A DNA stretch of 64,000 nucleotides from a virus (taxonomy: Duplodnaviria; Heunggongvirae; Uroviricota; Caudoviricetes): the IMG/VR virus record IMGVR_UViG_2687453424_000001. The stretch is one strand, 5' to 3'. Each line of letters starts with the position of its first letter. Position 1 is the first letter of the stretch. A program made the position numbers and the translations under genes. The notes under the pieces are model-generated. The model was not told the origin of the DNA. It made no database searches and saw only the letters and a program-made list of their open reading frames with translations. Positions 1 through 9,515 of the stretch are shown piece after piece.

Positions 1-3000
1 NNNNNNNNNNNNNNNNNNNNNNNNNNNNNNNNNNNNNNNNNNNNNNNNNNNNNNNNNNNNNNNNNNNNNNNNNNNNNNNNNNNNNNNNNNNNNNNNNNNN
101 NNNNNNNNNNNNNNNNNNNNNNNNNNNNNNNNNNNNNNNNNNNNNNNNNNNNNNNNNNNNNNNNNNNNNNNNNNNNNNNNNNNNNNNNNNNNNNNNNNNN
201 NNNNNNNNNNNNNNNNNNNNNNNNNNNNNNNNNNNNNNNNNNNNNNNNNNNNNNNNNNNNNNNNNNNNNNNNNNNNNNNNNNNNNNNNNNNNNNNNNNNN
301 NNNNNNNNNNNNNNNNNNNNNNNNNNNNNNNNNNNNNNNNNNNNNNNNNNNNNNNNNNNNNNNNNNNNNNNNNNNNNNNNNNNNNNNNNNNNNNNNNNNN
401 NNNNNNNNNNNNNNNNNNNNNNNNNNNNNNNNNNNNNNNNNNNNNNNNNNNNNNNNNNNNNNNNNNNNNNNNNNNNNNNNNNNNNNNNNNNNNNNNNNNN
501 NNNNNNNNNNNNNNNNNNNNNNNNNNNNNNNNNNNNNNNNNNNNNNNNNNNNNNNNNNNNNNNNNNNNNNNNNNNNNNNNNNNNNNNNNNNNNNNNNNNN
601 NNNNNNNNNNNNNNNNNNNNNNNNNNNNNNNNNNNNNNNNNNNNNNNNNNNNNNNNNNNNNNNNNNNNNNNNNNNNNNNNNNNNNNNNNNNNNNNNNNNN
701 NNNNNNNNNNNNNNNNNNNNNNNNNNNNNNNNNNNNNNNNNNNNNNNNNNNNNNNNNNNNNNNNNNNNNNNNNNNNNNNNNNNNNNNNNNNNNNNNNNNN
801 NNNNNNNNNNNNNNNNNNNNNNNNNNNNNNNNNNNNNNNNNNNNNNNNNNNNNNNNNNNNNNNNNNNNNNNNNNNNNNNNNNNNNNNNNNNNNNNNNNNN
901 NNNNNNNNNNNNNNNNNNNNNNNNNNNNNNNNNNNNNNNNNNNNNNNNNNNNNNNNNNNNNNNNNNNNNNNNNNNNNNNNNNNNNNNNNNNNNNNNNNNN
1001 NNNNNNNNNNNNNNNNNNNNNNNNNNNNNNNNNNNNNNNNNNNNNNNNNNNNNNNNNNNNNNNNNNNNNNNNNNNNNNNNNNNNNNNNNNNNNNNNNNNN
1101 NNNNNNNNNNNNNNNNNNNNNNNNNNNNNNNNNNNNNNNNNNNNNNNNNNNNNNNNNNNNNNNNNNNNNNNNNNNNNNNNNNNNNNNNNNNNNNNNNNNN
1201 NNNNNNNNNNNNNNNNNNNNNNNNNNNNNNNNNNNNNNNNNNNNNNNNNNNNNNNNNNNNNNNNNNNNNNNNNNNNNNNNNNNNNNNNNNNNNNNNNNNN
1301 NNNNNNNNNNNNNNNNNNNNNNNNNNNNNNNNNNNNNNNNNNNNNNNNNNNNNNNNNNNNNNNNNNNNNNNNNNNNNNNNNNNNNNNNNNNNNNNNNNNN
1401 NNNNNNNNNNNNNNNNNNNNNNNNNNNNNNNNNNNNNNNNNNNNNNNNNNNNNNNNNNNNNNNNNNNNNNNNNNNNNNNNNNNNNNNNNNNNNNNNNNNN
1501 NNNNNNNNNNNNNNNNNNNNNNNNNNNNNNNNNNNNNNNNNNNNNNNNNNNNNNNNNNNNNNNNNNNNNNNNNNNNNNNNNNNNNNNNNNNNNNNNNNNN
1601 NNNNNNNNNNNNNNNNNNNNNNNNNNNNNNNNNNNNNNNNNNNNNNNNNNNNNNNNNNNNNNNNNNNNNNNNNNNNNNNNNNNNNNNNNNNNNNNNNNNN
1701 NNNNNNNNNNNNNNNNNNNNNNNNNNNNNNNNNNNNNNNNNNNNNNNNNNNNNNNNNNNNNNNNNNNNNNNNNNNNNNNNNNNNNNNNNNNNNNNNNNNN
1801 NNNNNNNNNNNNNNNNNNNNNNNNNNNNNNNNNNNNNNNNNNNNNNNNNNNNNNNNNNNNNNNNNNNNNNNNNNNNNNNNNNNNNNNNNNNNNNNNNNNN
1901 NNNNNNNNNNNNNNNNNNNNNNNNNNNNNNNNNNNNNNNNNNNNNNNNNNNNNNNNNNNNNNNNNNNNNNNNNNNNNNNNNNNNNNNNNNNNNNNNNNNN
2001 NNNNNNNNNNNNNNNNNNNNNNNNNNNNNNNNNNNNNNNNNNNNNNNNNNNNNNNNNNNNNNNNNNNNNNNNNNNNNNNNNNNNNNNNNNNNNNNNNNNN
2101 NNNNNNNNNNNNNNNNNNNNNNNNNNNNNNNNNNNNNNNNNNNNNNNNNNNNNNNNNNNNNNNNNNNNNNNNNNNNNNNNNNNNNNNNNNNNNNNNNNNN
2201 NNNNNNNNNNNNNNNNNNNNNNNNNNNNNNNNNNNNNNNNNNNNNNNNNNNNNNNNNNNNNNNNNNNNNNNNNNNNNNNNNNNNNNNNNNNNNNNNNNNN
2301 NNNNNNNNNNNNNNNNNNNNNNNNNNNNNNNNNNNNNNNNNNNNNNNNNNNNNNNNNNNNNNNNNNNNNNNNNNNNNNNNNNNNNNNNNNNNNNNNNNNN
2401 NNNNNNNNNNNNNNNNNNNNNNNNNNNNNNNNNNNNNNNNNNNNNNNNNNNNNNNNNNNNNNNNNNNNNNNNNNNNNNNNNNNNNNNNNNNNNNNNNNNN
2501 NNNNNNNNNNNNNNNNNNNNNNNNNNNNNNNNNNNNNNNNNNNNNNNNNNNNNNNNNNNNNNNNNNNNNNNNNNNNNNNNNNNNNNNNNNNNNNNNNNNN
2601 NNNNNNNNNNNNNNNNNNNNNNNNNNNNNNNNNNNNNNNNNNNNNNNNNNNNNNNNNNNNNNNNNNNNNNNNNNNNNNNNNNNNNNNNNNNNNNNNNNNN
2701 NNNNNNNNNNNNNNNNNNNNNNNNNNNNNNNNNNNNNNNNNNNNNNNNNNNNNNNNNNNNNNNNNNNNNNNNNNNNNNNNNNNNNNNNNNNNNNNNNNNN
2801 NNNNNNNNNNNNNNNNNNNNNNNNNNNNNNNNNNNNNNNNNNNNNNNNNNNNNNNNNNNNNNNNNNNNNNNNNNNNNNNNNNNNNNNNNNNNNNNNNNNN
2901 NNNNNNNNNNNNNNNNNNNNNNNNNNNNNNNNNNNNNNNNNNNNNNNNNNNNNNNNNNNNNNNNNNNNNNNNNNNNNNNNNNNNNNNNNNNNNNNNNNNN

Positions 3001-3083
3001 NNNNNNNNNNNNNNNNNNNNNNNNNNNNNNNNNNNNNNNNNNNNNNNNNNNNNNNNNNNNNNNNNNNNNNNNNNNNNNNNNNN
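1..3083. other. assembly gap (N run)
   Basis: uninterrupted run of N. Confidence 0.99.
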
Positions 3084-3311
3084 CTTTAGTGACTTGACCT
3101 TATCTGGCAAGGTATAAGTTAAAACAACCTTCTGGTCTTGCTCAACAACATTAACTAACTGCAAGAAATTGGGATCAGCTTGCTTTAATTCGTTTAGCTC
3201 ACTTAATTGGTCGTAGCGAAATTGATTGTGATTGAGTTCGAGGATTAGCTTGTTCCCTTGTCGTTTGAACGTGCCAACCTCAATATTCAATAGCTGGTTT
3301 GCTTTACTCAT
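3084..3311 (-). CDS. hypothetical protein, 5' part only (76 codons, runs into the gap); downstream gene of the conjugation operon
   Basis: Minus-strand ATG at 3309-3311 overlaps the VirB4 stop (ATGAGTAA arrangement). Translation MSKANQLLNIEVGTFKRQGNKL... stays open to the contig edge at 3084. Low-GC bacterial codon usage. No family recognised. Confidence 0.5.
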
Positions 3312-5167
3312 TTAAAGTCCCTCCTTCTTCTTCGGTGGTGGTCAAGGCGTCAATTTCACTCGGTGTCAGGATCACACGCTTTTGATAATCCGGTTGTCCG
3401 GCGGTCTCACGGTTGTATTTTTCTTGGTAAGCTTCTGGGTCGATTAACCGCAATTCTTCTTCGGTTAGCTCCACCCGCATAAAAGCGCGTTGGCTACCAT
3501 AGATCATCAGGGCTTCACCTTGTCTACGGCGTTCTAGTAACTTCTTTTCCTTATCCGAGAACGTCATTCTTAACTTAGTAATGACATCATCAACACCTTT
3601 ACCATCAAGGCCAAAGAATACCTTGGTATAGGAGTTCCCAATAATGGCTTCACCAATGTTCTGCCCAGTATCTGTCGTTCCTTCAATCACATCTTGAATT
3701 TGTTGCGTTCCGGCAATCGCCCCGGCATTGTACTTTCTAAAGCGCTTATAGGCTTGATGGAAAAAGGTAGCGGCCGCTTTATGCAAGGTCAGAAAATGAA
3801 ATTCGTCAACAAACAATTTCTTGCGGCTATGCCGATCTTTCGTGATTTCGTCCCACAAATATTGAAAAGTATTCAGGTAGGCTGCTGATTGGACTTCCTG
3901 TTCACTTTGCAGCGGTTTTAAATCAAAGGAAATGATCTTGCCCTTTAAGTTGACGTTGGTGTGTCCGTCAAATAGGCTGTTAGAACCATGGGTATAACTG
4001 CCTAAGATGTAGTAGAAGTCTTTAACCCGACTGAATTTGTCAGCGTCCTTATCAGCTAGTTTTTCCAACTCGTCATAGACATTGGATAAGGTCGGCCACT
4101 GATCGTCTTTAATCTCTTTTAAGCGGCTATATTTCAAAACGCCACTGTTGACATAAGCCTGTTTAACAACATCATCAAGGATTGCCAATTCAACTTGGGT
4201 AATCCCGGTTTTGAGGACTTCAAAGAATCCCTTTAGTCGTTGAATTTTATCTTTGACTAGTAAATCAAGGTTTGTGACCGCTTCATCAGCGCTTAGGATT
4301 TCTTCGGAAAAGATTTGTAGCGGGTTAATTTTGTACTTCGCATTGGAAGTTAAATGCAAGACTGCCCCACCCAAGGCTTCAACAATCTTGGTATATTCAT
4401 TTTCTGGATCAATAATGTAGAGTTGATAGTCTTGAATGGCATAGCGTAGGATTTTTTGGATCATATAGGTGGTCTTGCCGACCCCACTGGTACCAATAAC
4501 CACCATGTTTTGGTTCAACGTTTTGTTGCGATCCAACATATCCACGGCAATTAAGCTGTTGGTGTCTTTGTTAACCCCTTCAATATCGCTTCTAGGCTTT
4601 AAGTCCAAAATCTCGGCGTCATCAAAAGGAAACATGCTGCTGGCAACTTCGGTATTACTTTCCTTATACGTATAATCGCCTAATAGATTTTCGTTGATTG
4701 GCATAGTAGACCAAAAACTTTGAAAAGTTGCTTTAACGGGCACTAAGGGCTTCATTTGTAGCTTAATCAGTGTATTTTTAACGTTGTCAGTTAAATCGTC
4801 TAGTTCCGCTAAACTGTTAGCCCGCAGATAAACCAGCATATGTTGGTACACAAATGTGGTAGAATTATCGAGGTATTTATCTAGTTGCATATTGGCCGAA
4901 TCAATATAATTTTGCAGAATTTTCTTTTTATACGGGTCGAACGTATTTAGCTTCTGCGCTTCCTTATTTTGGATCGTCTTTTTGTAATAGGTAATCATTG
5001 AATTGTTACTGGCGCTGTCGATATATTGCACAATATCGATAACGCCTTTTTTGCGCTTTAATTCTGATAGCCAGTTGCCGTGAACTCGCTTGGGATAGTC
5101 AGCAATCGCTAACACCCGGATAAAGTTCTCCCCCGACTGCACGTAGGTGGGGTACTGTTCCCAACTG
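3304..5167 (-). CDS. VirB4-family type IV secretion / conjugal transfer ATPase (TrsE/TraE/PrgJ-like), 5'-truncated
   Basis: Bacterial part of minus-strand ORF 3304..5364. Walker A GTSGVGKT is encoded at 4471-4494; Walker B-like LFVDEFHF at about 3795-3818; AGTQ motif follows. Stop TAA at 3304-3306. The N-terminal ~65 residues of the listed ORF are read from avian repeat DNA and are not part of the protein. Confidence 0.8.
3319..3324 (-). promoter_or_regulatory. Shine-Dalgarno-like GGAGGG, 7 nt upstream of the downstream-gene ATG
   Basis: Minus strand reads GGAGGGACTTTAAATG. Confidence 0.45.
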
Positions 5168-5172
5168 CAGGT
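5165..5172. other. chimeric junction between bacterial DNA and avian repeat DNA, at a CTGCAG (PstI) site
   Basis: Homology to the avian repeat copy at 45160-45365 runs up to about 5171. Beyond it the sequence is low-GC bacterial coding DNA. No N gap at the junction. Confidence 0.7.
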
Positions 5173-6130
5173 AGTCTCATGTCCCTTTGATGGCTGGAAC
5201 CCCAAGAGGTGTAGCATGGAGACAAGAAAGATGAGGAGGGTGGATGCCCCCTGCATGAAGGGGAAACTTGGATTTCTGGAGGTCCTCTGTGTGACAGGGA
5301 ACAGGTGGGGTTGGCTTTTGTGACTGAGGATCAGAGGAGTGGATAAGAGGGACATTGTGCTCACAGTTACAAACTACTTGCTCAGGGAGGGGAAACAGAA
5401 AAGGTCTTTTGTCAGCACCTGAGGAAGCCTCCAGGCTAATGAGCAGGTACCTTGCAGGTAATTGCCCTGGTGGTCCCTGGCCATGCAAAGCAACAGGGTG
5501 CAACAATGTGGAGGGTCTTGGCACAACCGGTTAACACAGGTGCAGGGCGGGCCAACAAGGGTGATGCTCCCCTGGAAAAGCTGCTCAGGATGTGATCATC
5601 AGTGTCAGCCTTGGCTGTCATGAGCATGCAATAGTGGGGACTCAGATGCTAAAGGGCATGAGGAAGGCCAGCAGCAGAGAACAGACTCTGGACTTACTTG
5701 GGGACAATTCCAGGAGTTTCCATGGGAAGCGGCTCTGATGGTGAAGGAGCATGAGCAAGTCTGCTAACGATCCCTGAGCCTGGAATACCTGGAGGGCTTC
5801 CAAGGTCCACCAGGGCTTTTGCCACCTTTCTGAATGCCGGTCAGGCTCCTGAGGGCTTTAGCACAGTTGCAGAGCACCAGCGCATTCTGGAATGGCCGGT
5901 GTTATTCCTCAGCCTTGCCAGAGCCTGCTGAGGCCTCTGCCTCCATCTAGAATGCTTGGGGAGATTCTGCAGGATTGGTGCAGACTGCCAGGGCCCTGCC
6001 ATGTTCTGCAATGTTGGGTGTCCTTCCAAGCGTGCTGGTGCAAGCACTTCCCTGGGCATTGCTGGAACCCTCCAGTTTCCCAGCAGGGCCTTCGCCGCCT
6101 TCCAGTAGCCTCGATGTGCTGCCGCGGTGC
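5173..6130. repeat. avian satellite-like repeat (family A), inverted relative to the copy at 44291-45400
   Basis: Translations of the two regions are near-identical on opposite strands (e.g. LEASSGADKRPFL.PLPEQVVCNCEHNVPL; GRTPNI.E.GRALAVCTNPAE.PQAF). Degenerate ~60 bp internal periodicity. Confidence 0.6.
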
Positions 6131-6139
6131 TGTGGTTTA

Positions 6140-6317
6140 AGTCCAGTCAGTAATTCAGAACCACGTAGTCGCTCGCTCACTCTCCCCCCTTCCTCCCCCC
6201 CACTCCCAGAGGGATGGGAAGGAGAATCGAAAAAATATAACTCGCACAGGTTGAGATAAGAACAGTCAAGTAACTAAGGAATAGCACAAACCACAGCCGC
6301 TACCACCAGTAATAATA
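6140..6317 (+). mobile_element. partial LTR (family L), 5' portion, truncated by CR1
   Basis: Same sequence pattern as the start of the LTR at 31296-31836 (gtggtttaa..cagtcag ... ctaccaccagtaataatag). Confidence 0.5.
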
Positions 6318-6376
6318 GTAGAATCATAGAATCGTAGAATCATAGAATAGTTAGGATGGGAAAGGACCTTAAGACC
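6318..6376 (-). mobile_element. CR1 LINE 3' terminus (ATTCTRTG-type octamer repeats), continuing into the gap
   Basis: Plus strand reads tagaatcatagaatcgtagaatcatagaat then ttaggatgggaaaggacc; minus-strand translation GLKVLSHPNYSMIL matches the CR1 3' end seen at 60430-60476. Confidence 0.7.
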
Positions 6377-8004
6377 NNNNNNNNNNNNNNNNNNNNNNNN
6401 NNNNNNNNNNNNNNNNNNNNNNNNNNNNNNNNNNNNNNNNNNNNNNNNNNNNNNNNNNNNNNNNNNNNNNNNNNNNNNNNNNNNNNNNNNNNNNNNNNNN
6501 NNNNNNNNNNNNNNNNNNNNNNNNNNNNNNNNNNNNNNNNNNNNNNNNNNNNNNNNNNNNNNNNNNNNNNNNNNNNNNNNNNNNNNNNNNNNNNNNNNNN
6601 NNNNNNNNNNNNNNNNNNNNNNNNNNNNNNNNNNNNNNNNNNNNNNNNNNNNNNNNNNNNNNNNNNNNNNNNNNNNNNNNNNNNNNNNNNNNNNNNNNNN
6701 NNNNNNNNNNNNNNNNNNNNNNNNNNNNNNNNNNNNNNNNNNNNNNNNNNNNNNNNNNNNNNNNNNNNNNNNNNNNNNNNNNNNNNNNNNNNNNNNNNNN
6801 NNNNNNNNNNNNNNNNNNNNNNNNNNNNNNNNNNNNNNNNNNNNNNNNNNNNNNNNNNNNNNNNNNNNNNNNNNNNNNNNNNNNNNNNNNNNNNNNNNNN
6901 NNNNNNNNNNNNNNNNNNNNNNNNNNNNNNNNNNNNNNNNNNNNNNNNNNNNNNNNNNNNNNNNNNNNNNNNNNNNNNNNNNNNNNNNNNNNNNNNNNNN
7001 NNNNNNNNNNNNNNNNNNNNNNNNNNNNNNNNNNNNNNNNNNNNNNNNNNNNNNNNNNNNNNNNNNNNNNNNNNNNNNNNNNNNNNNNNNNNNNNNNNNN
7101 NNNNNNNNNNNNNNNNNNNNNNNNNNNNNNNNNNNNNNNNNNNNNNNNNNNNNNNNNNNNNNNNNNNNNNNNNNNNNNNNNNNNNNNNNNNNNNNNNNNN
7201 NNNNNNNNNNNNNNNNNNNNNNNNNNNNNNNNNNNNNNNNNNNNNNNNNNNNNNNNNNNNNNNNNNNNNNNNNNNNNNNNNNNNNNNNNNNNNNNNNNNN
7301 NNNNNNNNNNNNNNNNNNNNNNNNNNNNNNNNNNNNNNNNNNNNNNNNNNNNNNNNNNNNNNNNNNNNNNNNNNNNNNNNNNNNNNNNNNNNNNNNNNNN
7401 NNNNNNNNNNNNNNNNNNNNNNNNNNNNNNNNNNNNNNNNNNNNNNNNNNNNNNNNNNNNNNNNNNNNNNNNNNNNNNNNNNNNNNNNNNNNNNNNNNNN
7501 NNNNNNNNNNNNNNNNNNNNNNNNNNNNNNNNNNNNNNNNNNNNNNNNNNNNNNNNNNNNNNNNNNNNNNNNNNNNNNNNNNNNNNNNNNNNNNNNNNNN
7601 NNNNNNNNNNNNNNNNNNNNNNNNNNNNNNNNNNNNNNNNNNNNNNNNNNNNNNNNNNNNNNNNNNNNNNNNNNNNNNNNNNNNNNNNNNNNNNNNNNNN
7701 NNNNNNNNNNNNNNNNNNNNNNNNNNNNNNNNNNNNNNNNNNNNNNNNNNNNNNNNNNNNNNNNNNNNNNNNNNNNNNNNNNNNNNNNNNNNNNNNNNNN
7801 NNNNNNNNNNNNNNNNNNNNNNNNNNNNNNNNNNNNNNNNNNNNNNNNNNNNNNNNNNNNNNNNNNNNNNNNNNNNNNNNNNNNNNNNNNNNNNNNNNNN
7901 NNNNNNNNNNNNNNNNNNNNNNNNNNNNNNNNNNNNNNNNNNNNNNNNNNNNNNNNNNNNNNNNNNNNNNNNNNNNNNNNNNNNNNNNNNNNNNNNNNNN
8001 NNNN
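6377..8004. other. assembly gap (N run)
   Basis: uninterrupted run of N. Confidence 0.99.
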
Positions 8005-9515
8005 GTCCTCGTGGCCCTCCTCTGGACTTGTTCCAACAGTTCCATGTCCTTTTTATGTTGAGGACACCAGAACTGCACACAATACCCAAGTGAGGTCTCA
8101 CGAGAGCAGAGTAGTGGGGCAGGATCACCTCCTTCGACCTGCTGCTCACGCTCATTTTGATGCAGCCCAGGATACGGTTGCTTTCTGGGCTGCGAGCACA
8201 CACTGCAGCTGGCTCATGTTCATTTTTCATCGACCAACACCCCCAAGTCTTTCTCCACAGGGCTGCTCTGGATCTCTGCTATCCCCAACCTGTAGCTGTG
8301 CCTGGGATTGCTCCGACCCAGGTGTAGGACCTTGCACTTGGCATGGTTAAACTTCATCAGGTTGGCATCAGCCCACCTCACAAGCGTGTCGAGGTCCCTC
8401 TGCATGGCATCCCTTCCCTCCGGCGTATCAACCGAACCACACAGCTTGGTGTCATCGGCAAACTTGCTGAGGGCGCACTCAATCCCACTGTCCATGTCAG
8501 CGACAAAGATGTTGAACAAGACCGATCCCAACACTGATCCCTGAGGAACACCACTTGTTACCGGTCTCCAGCTGGACATCGAGCCATTGACCACAACTCC
8601 TTGCGTGCGGCCATCCAGCCAGATCTTTATCCACCGAGTGGTCCACCCATCAAATTGATGTCTCTCCAATTAGAGACAAGGATGTCATGTCGGACAGTGT
8701 CGAACGCTTTGCACAAGTCCAGGTAGATGACCTCAGCTGCTCTACCCCTATCCATCAGTTCCATAGCCCCATCATAGAAGGCCACCAAATTGATCAGGCA
8801 GGATTTCCCCTTTGTGAAGCCATGCTGGCTGTCACCAACCACCTCCTTGTTTTTCATGTGCCTTAGCATGCCTTGCAGGAGAATCTGCTCCAAGAGTTTG
8901 CCAGGCACAGAGGTGAGACTGACTGCTCTGTAATTCCCCTGATCATCCATTTTCCCCTTCTTGAAAACAGGGGCTATATTTCCCTTTTCCCAGTCATCGG
9001 GAGCTTCACCTGACTGCCATGATCTTTCAAATATGATGGACTGTGTAAACTTCATTTGCCAGCTCCTTCAGGACCCGTAGATGGATTTCATTAGGTCCCA
9101 TGGACATGTGCACGTTCAGGTTCTTAAGATGGTCTTGAACCAGATCCTGTCTTACAGTGGGCCCAAGGTCTTCATTCTCACAGTCCCTGCTTCTGCCTTC
9201 CAAGACTTGGGTGATGTGGTCAGAGCCTTTGCCAGTGAAGACTGAGGCAAAGAAGTAATTCAGAACCTCAGCCTTCTCCAAATCCAGGGTAGCCAGTTCT
9301 CCTGCTAGTTTCTGGAGGGGGCCTATGTTGTCCCTAGTCTGTCTTTTATTTGCTACATACCTATAGAATCCCTTCCTGTTATCTTTCACATCCCTAGCCA
9401 AGTTTAATTCTAACTGGGCCTTAGCTTTCCTAACCTGGTCCATAGCTTCTCAGACAACATCCCTGTATTCTTCCCAGGCTGCCTTCCACCATCCCCTAAA
9501 GTTCAAATGCTTTTT
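8005..9515 (-). mobile_element. CR1 LINE ORF2 fragment (reverse transcriptase domain and C-terminal region), degenerate
   Basis: Minus-strand ORFs 9027..9443, 8627..9055 and 8220..8669 carry RT motifs ([29 protein letters not shown]; [13 protein letters not shown]; KCKVLHLG). 8005-8201 encodes [27 protein letters not shown]. Frameshifts between the pieces. Confidence 0.8.

Noticed and set aside
3694-4675. Plus-strand ORFs 3694..3888 and 4469..4675
   Set aside because: Antisense to the VirB4 coding region, short, and without ribosome-binding sites; likely spurious.
3084-5167. Horizontal gene transfer of a bacterial conjugation gene into the bird genome
   Set aside because: Junction at a CTGCAG site, sharp GC shift, intact bacterial operon features, and vector contamination elsewhere in the scaffold make contamination or chimera the simpler explanation.
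5168-5364. N-terminal 65 residues of ORF 3304..5364 as part of the VirB4 protein
   Set aside because: This stretch is avian repeat sequence (paralog at 45163-45360); the reading frame is fortuitously open across the chimeric junction.
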